Positions 52,737 through 62,431 of a DNA stretch of 64,000 nucleotides are shown here, one piece after another. Both the position numbers and the translations under genes were made by a program. The DNA lies in contig JAFUWN010000062.1 in assembly GCA_017483465.1 (NCBI GenBank), positions 10,085 to 74,084 on the forward strand, written 5' to 3'. Within the stretch, counting starts at the first letter, position 1. Every line of letters begins with the position of its first letter. This DNA comes from Oscillospiraceae bacterium. Lineage in GTDB: Bacteria > Bacillota > Clostridia > Oscillospirales > Ruminococcaceae. The notes beneath the pieces are model-generated. The model searched no databases and was not told where the DNA came from. It saw nothing but the letters and a program-made list of their open reading frames with translations.

Positions 52737-52832
52737 AAAAAATTATGCAAAATGTCTAAACAGGCATTGACTTTTCTTTCAAAATATGCTATACTATATA
52801 AAGACGGCTTCCGTCTTCGGAAACCGTCTCAG

Positions 52833-52906
52833 CGTTCCCGAGGTGATTCGAACACCCGACCTGCCGCTTAGGAGGCGGCCGCTCTATCCAGCTGAGCTAC
52901 AGGAAC
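52833..52906 (-). tRNA. tRNA-Arg (anticodon CCT), CCA not encoded
   Basis: Reverse complement GTTCCTGTAGCTCAGCTGGATAGAGCGGCCGCCTCCTAAGCGGCAGGTCGGGTGTTCGAATCACCTCGGGAACG folds as a cloverleaf: acceptor GTTCCTG/CGGGAAC, anticodon stem GCCGC/GCGGC with loop CTCCTAA, T-loop TTCGAAT. Confidence 0.9.
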
Positions 52907-52929
52907 AATTTTTTTATGCTGTATTTTTT

Positions 52930-52958
52930 ATTATAGCATATCTTTCCGAAAAAAGCAA
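52930..52958 (-). promoter_or_regulatory. Sigma-A promoter of tRNA-Arg
   Basis: Minus strand TTGCTT-17-TATAAT with TGC extension, about 23 nt upstream of the tRNA 5' end. Confidence 0.6.
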
Positions 52959-53190
52959 GGCTAAAATCCGGCTTGTGTCAAAATTTGTGCAATATGCCGG
53001 AAATGCATACAGGATTACGCCGTTTCAGCAGAGAAATATTCTTATTTTCTGTGCACTTTGTCTGAAAATCAGAAAGTTACCGTTTTGTAACAAAATGAAA
53101 AATCAGACATTTTTACTGTCGTTATGCACAAAAAATGAATGTTGAATTTGTGCAGACTATTCAAGAAAAGTGAAAGAATGGTTTTTTGTA

Positions 53191-53219
53191 TTGACATTCT
53201 GCTGTATTTGGTGTATATT
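53191..53219 (+). promoter_or_regulatory. Sigma-A promoter of the LacI-family regulator gene
   Basis: TTGACA-17-TATATT with TG extension. Confidence 0.55.
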
Positions 53220-53263
53220 TATGTTAGTGAAGCAATTACGTGAGATTAAATGAGGGTGTAACA

Positions 53264-54277
53264 GTGGTTTCAATTAAAGATATTGCTGAAGCCTGCGGTG
53301 TTTCTACTGCAACTGTCAGCAAAGCTCTGAACGACCGTGATGATGTGAATCCGGCTACAAAAGAACGTGTGCAGGAAACTGCCAAACTGTTAGGATATCT
53401 GCCCAATGCAATGGCCAGGGCTTTGAAAACAAAAAAATCCTACAACATCGGCGTTCTGATGGTCGATAAAGCACAAAGCGGACTGAAACATCATTATTTT
53501 TCCTCAATTCTGGACAGCTTCAAAGTTGTCATGGAACGGAACGGATATGATCTGACATTTATCAGCAGTCAGATCGGCAGTCAGACATGTTCGTATTATG
53601 AACATTGTCAGTATCGGAATGTAGACGGTGTTCTTGCCGCCTGTGTGGATTTCCGCACTCCGGAAGTACAGACACTTCTGCAAAGCGATCTGCCTGTCGT
53701 ATCGATTGACTATATTTCGGAAAACGGCTGTGCCGTTGTTTCGGACAATGCCAGTGGAATCCGCAGTGCCGTGGAATATGCACTTCTGAGAGGCCATAAG
53801 GAAATTGCTTATATTTATGGTGATGATTCACAAGTAACCGAGATTCGCTGCGAAGCGTTCCGGAATACACTGTGGGAGCATCATTGTGAAGTCAGAAATC
53901 AGTTCATCCGTCAGGGAAAATATCTGGCTCCTGAGATTTCTTACCGATTGACACAGGAACTCCTGACAGACGGCGAACACAAACCAAGCTGTATTGTATA
54001 TCCGGATGATATTTGTGCAGTCGCTGGCATCGCAGCGATTTCGGACAGTCATCTGCAAGCCGGACAAGATGTTTCGGTAATCGGCTATGACGGCAATCCT
54101 ACTTTGAGACTGCTCCGGCCGAACCTGACCACAGTCCAGCAGGATACCGATACAATGGGTGTGAAAGCAGCAGAACTGATGCTGAAACTGCTCCGGAAAG
54201 AGCAAATTGTTCCTTCTGAAAAAGTGCTTTACTGCAAAGGACAGTTTCTGGAGGGCGAAACAGTCGCACAGCTTTAA
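53264..54277 (+). CDS. LacI-family transcriptional regulator
   Basis: GTG start 7 nt after GAGGG. HTH: VSIKDIAEACGVSTATVSKALN..VNPATKERV. Periplasmic-binding-protein-like sugar-sensor domain. Confidence 0.9.
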   Translation: MVSIKDIAEACGVSTATVSKALNDRDDVNPATKERVQETAKLLGYLPNAMARALKTKKSYNIGVLMVDKAQSGLKHHYFSSILDSFKVVMERNGYDLTFISSQIGSQTCSYYEHCQYRNVDGVLAACVDFRTPEVQTLLQSDLPVVSIDYISENGCAVVSDNASGIRSAVEYALLRGHKEIAYIYGDDSQVTEIRCEAFRNTLWEHHCEVRNQFIRQGKYLAPEISYRLTQELLTDGEHKPSCIVYPDDICAVAGIAAISDSHLQAGQDVSVIGYDGNPTLRLLRPNLTTVQQDTDTMGVKAAELMLKLLRKEQIVPSEKVLYCKGQFLEGETVAQL

Positions 54278-54354
54278 TGCTGTAAAAAATCATCTCGCTA
54301 TATTATATTTCAAAAGGGAAATATAATAGATATATCTTAAGGAGGAAAATACCA

Positions 54355-55821
54355 ATGAGCAAATTAACAAGAACACTGGCTCTGCTTGCTTCTATCGCAG
54401 TTGTATCTTCTGCATTCGTAGCTTGCGGCGGTGGAAACGAAACAACATCCAGCAGTGCAGCACCCGCTGCAGAAAACAGCAGCTCTGCAGCTCCGGCTGA
54501 AGAAGGCGGCGACAGCTCCGCAGCTCCGGCTGAAGAAGGCGGCGACAGCTCTGCAGCTGAAGAAGGCGGCAACGAAGAAGGCGGTGCAGAAGCCGGCGGC
54601 GAACTCGAAGCAGGTGCCGTAAATCTTCCTGACACAGACGATACTCTGACAATCGTTTGCTGGACAGATGCTGACCTTGCTAACATGTTTGATGTTTATG
54701 CAAATCATTCCGATGCAAATGTTGTATATCAGAACTGCGGCGATAACGGTGCCGATGCAGCTGTTAAATATGCTACTTATCTGAACAGCGGCGATGACGT
54801 TGACCTGTTCGTTGCAGAAGCAGGCTGGATTCTGAACTACATCAATGACAACAGCATGTCTGCTCCTCTGTCTGATCTGGGTATCACAACTGCTGATTAT
54901 GCAGATGCTTATCAGTACACTGTTGAAATCGGTACAGACAATGACGGCGTTCTGAAGGCTGCTTCCTGGCAGGCTGCTGCCGGCGGTTATGCTTACAACA
55001 CCGCACTCGCTGAAGAATATCTGGGCGTAACATCTGCTGAAGATATGCAGGCTAAGATTTCTGACTGGGCTGGTTTTGAAGCTACTGCTGCTGAACTGAA
55101 AGAAAAGTCTGAAGGCAAGGTTACAATGGCTGCTACCATCGGCGGTCTGTGGCAGGCTTTCTCCACAGCTAAGAATGCTGCTTGGGTTGACGGTACTGCT
55201 ATCCAGACAGACGTTGCCAAGGAATTCACTGACATGGTTAAGGGTTATGTAGACAACGGCTATGTAAATCCGAAGGTTGAACAGTGGACAACTGACTGGA
55301 CAAACGTTGGTCTCCAGGGCGAAACACTCGGCTACTTCTATTCCACATGGTGCCTCGGTGAAGGTGCTCAGCTGGAACAGCACGGCGGTACAGACGGCAA
55401 CTGGAACATCGTTGTTGGTCCGCAGGAATTCTTCTGGGGCGGTTCCTGGCTGTGCGTATCCCCGAACTGCAACACAGCTTCTGAAGCTTCCAAGTTTGTA
55501 AAGGCATTCACAACAGACGCTTCCATCATGGAAGAATATGCTCTGTACTCCGGCGACTTCACAAATAACAAAGTTGCTATGGACAAGATCGTTGCAGACG
55601 GTTCCAACTCCAACCCGCTGCTCGGTGGTCAGGACCAGTTCGCAGTTCTCTCTGACGTTGCTGCCGGCATCAAGATGAGTGACTCCATCACAAAGTATGA
55701 CCAGAACCTGAAGGATACCTTCCTTGATGTTCTGAAGAAGAACATCGATTCCAGCACAGATGACATCATCTCTGCATTCACAACACAGGCTCTGGCTGAT
55801 AACCCTGACCTGACTGCATAA
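54355..55821 (+). CDS. Carbohydrate ABC transporter substrate-binding lipoprotein
   Basis: Lipobox SSAFVAC|GGG, a low-complexity SSAAPAEEGGD repeat tether, then a ~400-aa family-1 solute-binding domain. AAGGAGG RBS and biased codon usage. Confidence 0.9.
   Translation: MSKLTRTLALLASIAVVSSAFVACGGGNETTSSSAAPAAENSSSAAPAEEGGDSSAAPAEEGGDSSAAEEGGNEEGGAEAGGELEAGAVNLPDTDDTLTIVCWTDADLANMFDVYANHSDANVVYQNCGDNGADAAVKYATYLNSGDDVDLFVAEAGWILNYINDNSMSAPLSDLGITTADYADAYQYTVEIGTDNDGVLKAASWQAAAGGYAYNTALAEEYLGVTSAEDMQAKISDWAGFEATAAELKEKSEGKVTMAATIGGLWQAFSTAKNAAWVDGTAIQTDVAKEFTDMVKGYVDNGYVNPKVEQWTTDWTNVGLQGETLGYFYSTWCLGEGAQLEQHGGTDGNWNIVVGPQEFFWGGSWLCVSPNCNTASEASKFVKAFTTDASIMEEYALYSGDFTNNKVAMDKIVADGSNSNPLLGGQDQFAVLSDVAAGIKMSDSITKYDQNLKDTFLDVLKKNIDSSTDDIISAFTTQALADNPDLTA
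54481..54573 (+). repeat. In-frame 33-nt tandem repeat (2 full copies + 1 shortened) encoding the SSAAPAEEGGD tether
   Basis: AGCTC(T/C)GCAGCTCCGGCTGAAGAAGGCGGCGAC occurs at 54481-54513 and 54514-54546; a third copy lacking 6 nt lies at 54547-54573. Confidence 0.9.
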
Positions 55822-55944
55822 TTCAGATTACTGAAAAAGATTTAAAAAAAAATATACAGCCTGTGGGGGCAGAGTCTGCCCTCATAGGCAGTATGTCGTA
55901 TCTAACAAGAAATTACTAATTACTATTTGAGAGGGTGAAAAGTA

Positions 55945-56973
55945 ATGGCGTCTGCAGCTCAAAGCCGCATTAAATCCATTAGTTATGCCAAATACGGATA
56001 TATGTTCATAGCACCTTTCTTCCTTGTGTATTGCTTTTTCCAGATTTGGCCGTTGATTTACACGTTTATTTTATCATTCAAGGGCAACCAGGCAAATAAT
56101 GCTCAGTTTGTCGGCCTGGACAACTATTCTCAGATCCTGTTTGGTACAGGTTCTTCTGAGGGTGCTTCTGCCGTACATGAAGAGTTTGCCCGTGCACTTG
56201 GCAATACGTTCGTTCTTTGGTTCGGTAACTTTATTCCGCAGATTCTTCTTTCTCTTCTGCTGGCAGTATGGTTTACGGATGCCAAAGTAAAACTCCCCGG
56301 CAAGGGCTTTTTCAAGATTGTTATGTACATGCCGAATATCATCACAGCTGCTTCCGTAGCCGCTCTGTATGTAAACCTGTTCGGTGACTCCAAGTATTAT
56401 TTCGTCAATGCAACGCTTATGAAACTGGGTATGATTACCGATCCTGTGGAATTCGTTGCAGGGCCGACTGCTTCCAAGGTCATGGTAATGTTCATTCAGA
56501 CATGGCTGTGGTTCGGTAACACGATGATCATGCTGATGTCCGGTATTATGGGTATCAGTCCGTCTCTGTTTGAAGCTGCTGATATTGATGGTGCCAACTC
56601 CACACAGCAGTTCTTCAACATCACACTGCCGCTGCTCCAGCCTATCATGGTTTACACACTGGTAACTTCCATGATCGGTGGTCTTCAGATGTTCGACCTG
56701 CCGTATCTGTATCACAACGGTGCAAACTTCTCCAAGCAGCTCGAAACGGTTGCAGTTTATATTTACTATAACTTCAACAAGGGTACTGTCGACCAGGCGA
56801 ACTATGGTTATGCCGGTGCGGCCTCTATTGTCATATTCGCAATTACGGCGATCTTAGGTTCTATCACGTTCTATATGAACCGTGACAAGGATGCAATCGC
56901 CAAGAAGAAACAGCGTAAAAAGGCTGAAAAACAGATGAAAGCGAAAATGAAGCAAGGAGGTCTGTCCATATGA
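55945..56973 (+). CDS. Carbohydrate ABC transporter permease (MalF-like)
   Basis: 6 TM helices; EAA loop FEAADIDGANSTQQFFNITLPLLQP; basic C-terminal tail. Confidence 0.9.
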   Translation: MASAAQSRIKSISYAKYGYMFIAPFFLVYCFFQIWPLIYTFILSFKGNQANNAQFVGLDNYSQILFGTGSSEGASAVHEEFARALGNTFVLWFGNFIPQILLSLLLAVWFTDAKVKLPGKGFFKIVMYMPNIITAASVAALYVNLFGDSKYYFVNATLMKLGMITDPVEFVAGPTASKVMVMFIQTWLWFGNTMIMLMSGIMGISPSLFEAADIDGANSTQQFFNITLPLLQPIMVYTLVTSMIGGLQMFDLPYLYHNGANFSKQLETVAVYIYYNFNKGTVDQANYGYAGAASIVIFAITAILGSITFYMNRDKDAIAKKKQRKKAEKQMKAKMKQGGLSI

Positions 56974-57899
56974 GCACAAAAAGTCAGTACGGCGAAGCAA
57001 AAGATAATTACCATCAGAAATTAATGGCGAAATCAATCGCCATCCTGGTAGTATGCATTCTTCTGACGTTGATCTGCTTAGTTCCGATTTATATCCTGAT
57101 CGTTAACTCGACACATTCCAGTAACGACCTTGCACAGAATCCTTCCCGTTTCTTCTTTGGTCCGCATCTGGGTGACAACTTCAAGACTCTGATGAATAAT
57201 CTGCCTGCCGATGCCGGAAAAGCTGCCAAGCGTGTTGCTGCACAGTATTCTTCCGCATTCAATTTGGGCAAAGGTTATCTGAACAGCTTGATTATCGCAG
57301 GTTTTTCCACACTGCTGACAGTATTTTTCTCTGCCATGACTGCTTACGGTCTGACTGTTTATGAATTCAAGCTCAACAGTGCCGCTTATACGTTCATTAT
57401 CGGCGTTATGATGATTCCGGTACAGGTATCTTCCGCAGGTTTCGTAAGATTCATGTACTCTCTGAACTTAATCAACAGCTTCATTCCGCTGATCATTCCG
57501 GCAATTGCCGCACCTGCCGTTATTTTCTTCATGGTTTCCTATATGAAATCGAGCTTCCCGCTTGAAATCGTAGAAGCTGCCAGAATCGACGGCTGTACCG
57601 AACTGCGTACATTTGTAACCATTGCAATTCCGATGATGAAGCCGGCGATTGCAGTACAGGCTATCTTTGCATTCGTTGCAAACTGGAACAACTACTATAC
57701 ACAGAACATGATCCTGAAAAATGCGGATTATGCAACTGTGCCGATCATGGTTTCCAAAGTACTCGCATTCGACAAGAACGTAGATAACGGTGTAAACTAT
57801 CTGTGTATTACACTGTCCATCCTGCCGATCGTTGTAGTATATTTCATTCTGTCCAAGTTCATCATTGCCGGTGTAGCTCTGGGTGGTGTCAAGGAATAA
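56970..57899 (+). CDS. Carbohydrate ABC transporter permease (MalG-like)
   Basis: 4-nt overlap with the upstream permease; EAA loop VEAARIDGCTELRTFVTIAIPMMKP; 6 TM helices. Confidence 0.9.
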   Translation: MSTKSQYGEAKDNYHQKLMAKSIAILVVCILLTLICLVPIYILIVNSTHSSNDLAQNPSRFFFGPHLGDNFKTLMNNLPADAGKAAKRVAAQYSSAFNLGKGYLNSLIIAGFSTLLTVFFSAMTAYGLTVYEFKLNSAAYTFIIGVMMIPVQVSSAGFVRFMYSLNLINSFIPLIIPAIAAPAVIFFMVSYMKSSFPLEIVEAARIDGCTELRTFVTIAIPMMKPAIAVQAIFAFVANWNNYYTQNMILKNADYATVPIMVSKVLAFDKNVDNGVNYLCITLSILPIVVVYFILSKFIIAGVALGGVKE

Positions 57900-57948
57900 T
57901 TTTCCTGTTCGGGAATTATTTCCGGAAACTGCAAATATCCGAAAAATT

Positions 57949-57978
57949 ACCGCCTGTCGTATGACAGGCGGTTTTTTT
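57949..57978. terminator. Bidirectional terminator (ABC operon / parC-like gene)
   Basis: Hairpin ACCGCCTGTC-gtat-GACAGGCGGT followed by TTTTTTT, with an A-rich run upstream serving the other strand. Confidence 0.8.
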
Positions 57979-57980
57979 GA

Positions 57981-60218
57981 TCAGATTAAAGACATCTGAT
58001 TGGCATCTTCCAGATTTTTTCCGGCTTTTCCGATGGCAGGAATATTCTGCACACGGTATTTTTCAAGCTGAGGCAGACGTTCGGAGGAGGGAATTTCTGC
58101 GGAGGTTAGCTGCTGTCTGGCTTTGATTGTCATGACCTGGATTCCCTGTGAACTCCGGGTGGATTTTTCAGTAATCAGCTCTGTATGAATCAGAACCGCT
58201 TTATTGGTATTGGAACGCAGTAAAATATCAGTATCTTCCTGTAGATAGAGCATGGTCAGAATCGGTGATTTGTCTGAGAATGCCGCTGTGAGTTTTTTCC
58301 GGTTGGTCTTGGTCATGTAGGCAGAAAGCGGAATTTTTGAAATTTTACCGTTCTCGAAAATAAATAATAATTTTCCGGAATAATCAGTTGTCGCAGTCAG
58401 GCCGATAATTTTTTCATCTTCTTCAAAGCCGAGCTTGACAGGGATATAATCGCCGAGCAGACTGGCTTTGCCGTCCTCGAAAGCACTCGCACGGATTTTG
58501 TAGACCTGAGCTTTATTGGTAAAAAACAGTAATTCTGTTTTATTCGATGCTTCGATCTGCCGGATGATACAGTCACCTTCTTTGATTTTCTGTTCACCGC
58601 CCATGCGGAGCGATAAAGGCGTGATCTTTTTGAAATAGCCTTCTTTGGTAAGAAACAGATTAACAGGATAATCCGGTGTATCATCTTCGGCCGGGGCTTC
58701 ATCCGCTTCGGTAGCATAATAGAACATCGTTTTCCGGGGCTGGCCGTATTTTTTGGCCGTATCTCTGAGTTCTTTGATAATGATTTTTTTGATTCTGTCC
58801 GGATTGGCGATAATATCTTCCATATCGGCAATTTCATTTTTAAGCTGATCGACATCAGAAATTTTATTTAAAATATATTCTCTGTTCAGATGGCGGAGCT
58901 TGATTTCAGCGACATATTCTGCCTGAATTTCATCCAGAGAAAAGCCTTTCATCAGATTTTCGATAACCTGTGATTCTTTGGGAGTCTCTCTGATAATCGC
59001 AATCGCTTTGTCTAAATCAAGCAGAATTTCTTTCAGTCCGAGCAGAAGATGCAGTTTTTCTTTTTTCTTGTTCAGATCAAAAGATACCCGGCGTTTTACG
59101 CACGCATGGCGGAAAGCTGTCCATTCTTCGAGAATTTCCCGGATTCCCATGACTTTCGGTGTATTGCCGATTAAAATATTGAAATTACAGCCGAAGCTGT
59201 CCTGAAGCGGTGTCATCCGGAATAATTTCTGCATCAGCTTTTCCGGATCTGTATTACGTTTGACATCAATTGCCAGCCGGAAACCGTTGACATCAATTTC
59301 ATCACGGGCATAGGTCACTTCACGGAGTTTTCCGGCCTTGCTGAGTTCGGTGATTTTATCTTTAATTGCTTCCAGAGTAGTAGTATAGGGGATTTCTGTC
59401 ACTTCGATACAGCCGGCAGATTTGTCATAATTCCATTTGGAGCGAAGTTTCAGACTGCCTCTGCCGGTTTCATAGACTTTCCGGAGTTCGGCTTCATCAT
59501 AGAGCAGAAAGCCGCCGCTCGGAAAGTCAGGGCCTTTCAGAGTCGAGAGAATATCATGCTCCGGATTTTTGATTAATTCGATACAGGTTTCACAAAGCTC
59601 TGCCAGATTAAACGGACAGATATTGCTTGCCATAGAAACGGCAATACCCATATTCGCATTGACTAAGATAGAGGGGAACGTTGCCGGAAGCAGAGACGGT
59701 TCCATCATGGTATTATCATAATTCGGAATAAAATCGACAGTTTCTTTATCAATCTCATTAAACAGAGCCTCACAGATCGGAGCAAGGCGGACTTCTGTGT
59801 ATCGTGAGGCGGCAAAGGCCATATCACGGGAATAATGTTTGCCGAAATTGCCCTTGGAATCGACATACGGATGCAAAAGACACTCATTTGCACGGGTCAG
59901 ACGAACCATAGTTTCATAAATTGCCTGATCGCCGTGAGGATTCAGACGCATGGTCTGGCCGACTACGTTTGCAGATTTGGTTCTGTTACCGTTCAGGAGT
60001 CCCATTTTATACATCGTATATAATAATTTTCTGTGCGAGGGCTTGAAGCCGTCAATTTCCGGCAAAGCTCTGGAAATGATGACACTCATTGCATAAGGCA
60101 GATAATTTTTCTCAAGTGTATCAGTAATTTCTTCTTCCTGGGTAATGCCGGCATTTTCAAACCACGCATCAAGCATGGGTTTGGGTCTTGCGGACGGAAT
60201 GGATTTTTTTCTTGCCAT
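57981..60218 (-). CDS. parC: Type IIA DNA topoisomerase subunit A (ParC/GyrA-like)
   Basis: YAMSVIISRALPEIDGFKPSHRKLLY, NPHGDQAIYETMVRL, active-site AASRYTEVRL and a beta-pinwheel C-terminal domain. Start at ATG 60218 behind AAAGGGA. No subunit B gene is adjacent. Confidence 0.85.
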   Translation of the reverse strand: MARKKSIPSARPKPMLDAWFENAGITQEEEITDTLEKNYLPYAMSVIISRALPEIDGFKPSHRKLLYTMYKMGLLNGNRTKSANVVGQTMRLNPHGDQAIYETMVRLTRANECLLHPYVDSKGNFGKHYSRDMAFAASRYTEVRLAPICEALFNEIDKETVDFIPNYDNTMMEPSLLPATFPSILVNANMGIAVSMASNICPFNLAELCETCIELIKNPEHDILSTLKGPDFPSGGFLLYDEAELRKVYETGRGSLKLRSKWNYDKSAGCIEVTEIPYTTTLEAIKDKITELSKAGKLREVTYARDEIDVNGFRLAIDVKRNTDPEKLMQKLFRMTPLQDSFGCNFNILIGNTPKVMGIREILEEWTAFRHACVKRRVSFDLNKKKEKLHLLLGLKEILLDLDKAIAIIRETPKESQVIENLMKGFSLDEIQAEYVAEIKLRHLNREYILNKISDVDQLKNEIADMEDIIANPDRIKKIIIKELRDTAKKYGQPRKTMFYYATEADEAPAEDDTPDYPVNLFLTKEGYFKKITPLSLRMGGEQKIKEGDCIIRQIEASNKTELLFFTNKAQVYKIRASAFEDGKASLLGDYIPVKLGFEEDEKIIGLTATTDYSGKLLFIFENGKISKIPLSAYMTKTNRKKLTAAFSDKSPILTMLYLQEDTDILLRSNTNKAVLIHTELITEKSTRSSQGIQVMTIKARQQLTSAEIPSSERLPQLEKYRVQNIPAIGKAGKNLEDANQMSLI

Positions 60219-60260
60219 TGGATAATCCCTTTCTTTCATCATAAATTTTTAGACTTTATT

Positions 60261-60289
60261 ATTTTAGCACATTGATTTCAATTTGTCAA
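60261..60289 (-). promoter_or_regulatory. Sigma-A promoter of the parC-like gene
   Basis: Minus strand TTGACA-17-TAAAAT with TGC extension. Confidence 0.6.
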
Positions 60290-60310
60290 GGGTTATCTTA
60301 ATTATAAAAA

Positions 60311-61438
60311 TTATCCATAGATATAATAATATAATACAAGAGCTGTCAGGCCGTGATAGCTTGCCGAACCTTCGGAAATACCATTGACTTTCAGATTGGC
60401 ATCCATGACATTTTCAGCAACATCAGAAACAATGGCTGTCGGAATCACTTCTTCATGCCGATGGGTCTGATAATAATTTTCCGGAACATAACTGTGAATA
60501 TCTGTGACGACTTCCGGAGCAAGAGCGGCTGTGATTTCTGCATAGCGTTCCCAGGCGGCTTCGTCATCACCGAAATCCAGATCAAGCCAGCTCAGTACAC
60601 TGATATAGCCGCTGTAGAGAAAATCGGGATTTTCACTTGTCAGACAGGCACGGAATGCGAAATACCCTGCTTCATCCTCAAAGATATTGCCTTTCAGGTG
60701 TGTATATTCATGACAGATTGTCACAGGCAGATGGACTTCATAGACAACGGGATTATAATTGGCTTCCATAGAGAACGGAAAATAAATACCGAGCAAGTTT
60801 TGCTGTGTAAAGAAATAGGCATGTGAAATAGGCTTCGCATCAGGATAAACGCCTTTATACTGTGGAAATTCTTCCGAGAGTGATTTCATGCAGCTTTTAG
60901 CTTCTGTCATGAGATCCGTATTTTCAGACAGGATGAAATGTCCGGTATCATCCCGGCTGACCTGTCCGGCGAGCGTATTGGCTTCTTCGGCAAGCAGTTC
61001 ATAAATATCCAGAACTTCGGTATTTTTAAAATTAATAGTTTCTAAATTTTCGCTCATCTGTGAGCCTTGATATAAAATAAAAAATCGGAACGTCAGAATA
61101 AAGAAAAGCCATGTCAGAATCCAGCCATAGAATCTGCCGTAAAATTTTGCAACCGCTTTCCGGTGACGCTTGGCAAAGATCATCAGCAGAATAAAGCTCA
61201 GAATGCCGATGATCACCAAAGCAATTCCCAGAACAATCATAGATTCTCCGACAGAGAACGAAAACAGGCCGGAAATACTGCACCAGAAATCTGATATGAC
61301 AGGAAAAATCCATCTGATATAGAAATCCACAGGGGCAGTAAAAAATCTGGAAAGCAGATTGATGATAATTAAAATTCCCCAAAGCAGGAACAGGATTTTA
61401 TCAGAAATTCTCAGATCAAGTTTTTTATGCATTTTCAT
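60311..61438 (-). CDS. DUF3810-family membrane protein (putative zinc metallopeptidase)
   Basis: N-terminal TM helices and an HExxH motif in CHEYTHLKG. Start at ATG 61438, overlapping the end of the GH25 gene by 14 nt. Confidence 0.8.
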   Translation of the reverse strand: MKMHKKLDLRISDKILFLLWGILIIINLLSRFFTAPVDFYIRWIFPVISDFWCSISGLFSFSVGESMIVLGIALVIIGILSFILLMIFAKRHRKAVAKFYGRFYGWILTWLFFILTFRFFILYQGSQMSENLETINFKNTEVLDIYELLAEEANTLAGQVSRDDTGHFILSENTDLMTEAKSCMKSLSEEFPQYKGVYPDAKPISHAYFFTQQNLLGIYFPFSMEANYNPVVYEVHLPVTICHEYTHLKGNIFEDEAGYFAFRACLTSENPDFLYSGYISVLSWLDLDFGDDEAAWERYAEITAALAPEVVTDIHSYVPENYYQTHRHEEVIPTAIVSDVAENVMDANLKVNGISEGSASYHGLTALVLYYYIYG

Positions 61439-62396
61439 CACTTTCTTCCGCTTCGTAATTTTTATAATCTTTAAAGCAGATATTGACATCAACATCGCCG
61501 TTCACACCGGGGACTCTGCCGTCAGAGGCATACTGCCACATCTGATAGTTATAATAATAAGTCGCCTGATCGTTATACTCCGCAAGCCAGAAATCATAAT
61601 CCGTCAGTTCAGGCAGATCTAATTTCAGCAGGGAAGTACGTTTATTCTGATAAATCATAGGGATATAGCCGGCTTGTCTGATTCGCTCACAAAAGGCAAT
61701 ACTACAGTCTGTCAGCGTTTTGACCGGAACGTTATCCGTTCTTGCAATATCTGTTGTGACCAGTTCCCAGTCATAGACAATCGGATATGTAATTTTATAA
61801 TCTCCGATCACGGATAAGACCAGTTCTGCTTCTTCCACGGCTTCTTCCGGTGTGATTGCCTGTGAATAGAAATATAATCCGATGTCAATTCCGGCATCGC
61901 CTGCACCCTGCATATTTCTGTCAAAATATTCGTCAAGTACGAGTTTTCCGCCGGAATATCCACGATAGCCGACACGGATCATAGCAAAATCGACCCCGGC
62001 TTTCTTAACTGTCGGCCAGTCAATTTCCGCCTGATGACCCGAAACATCAATTCCGAACGTGGAAATAATTTTGTGATTTTCTGTATAGTAAGTCAAATTG
62101 TTTCTTGTAACATACTGATCGGCCTGATATTCACAGGCAGGCACATCTGCAAGCACCGGAATCCAGATTTCACCAAATTCTGCATCACGGAGAAAAATTT
62201 TCTGTCCTGTCGTTTCGTAGATAATATCAGATTCTATGACAGTCTGACCGGAATCAGGAACTTCAACCGAAGCCGGAACCGTTTCGGATTCTTCCTCCTG
62301 ATGTGTTTTCCGGAGCAGCAGCAGTCCGGCAATCACAAGCACCAGACCTGTGATCAGAACAGACTGTATAATCGTAACAAATTTTAATTGATTCAT
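61425..62396 (-). CDS. Membrane-anchored GH25 lysozyme (muramidase)
   Basis: N-terminal TM anchor and a GH25 domain (FGIDVSGHQAEIDWPTVKKAGVDFAMIRVGYRGY, GLYFYSQA, FWLAEY). Confidence 0.88.
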   Translation of the reverse strand: MNQLKFVTIIQSVLITGLVLVIAGLLLLRKTHQEEESETVPASVEVPDSGQTVIESDIIYETTGQKIFLRDAEFGEIWIPVLADVPACEYQADQYVTRNNLTYYTENHKIISTFGIDVSGHQAEIDWPTVKKAGVDFAMIRVGYRGYSGGKLVLDEYFDRNMQGAGDAGIDIGLYFYSQAITPEEAVEEAELVLSVIGDYKITYPIVYDWELVTTDIARTDNVPVKTLTDCSIAFCERIRQAGYIPMIYQNKRTSLLKLDLPELTDYDFWLAEYNDQATYYYNYQMWQYASDGRVPGVNGDVDVNICFKDYKNYEAEESDENA

Positions 62397-62431
62397 GAGA
62401 CATAACCTTTCAAAAAAATTTACTTATCTAC

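Noticed and set aside
52786-53145. 119-aa plus-strand ORF between gltD and the LacI gene
   Set aside because: It runs straight through the minus-strand tRNA-Arg gene and its promoter, and has no RBS. The region is better explained as tRNA plus non-coding spacer.
54303-55383. Antisense ORFs (127, 339, 86 and 80 aa) opposite the ABC substrate-binding protein gene
   Set aside because: They are antisense to a well-supported lipoprotein gene. The Ala/Ser/Pro/Cys-rich products arise from the tandem repeat and the codon bias, and there are no translation signals.
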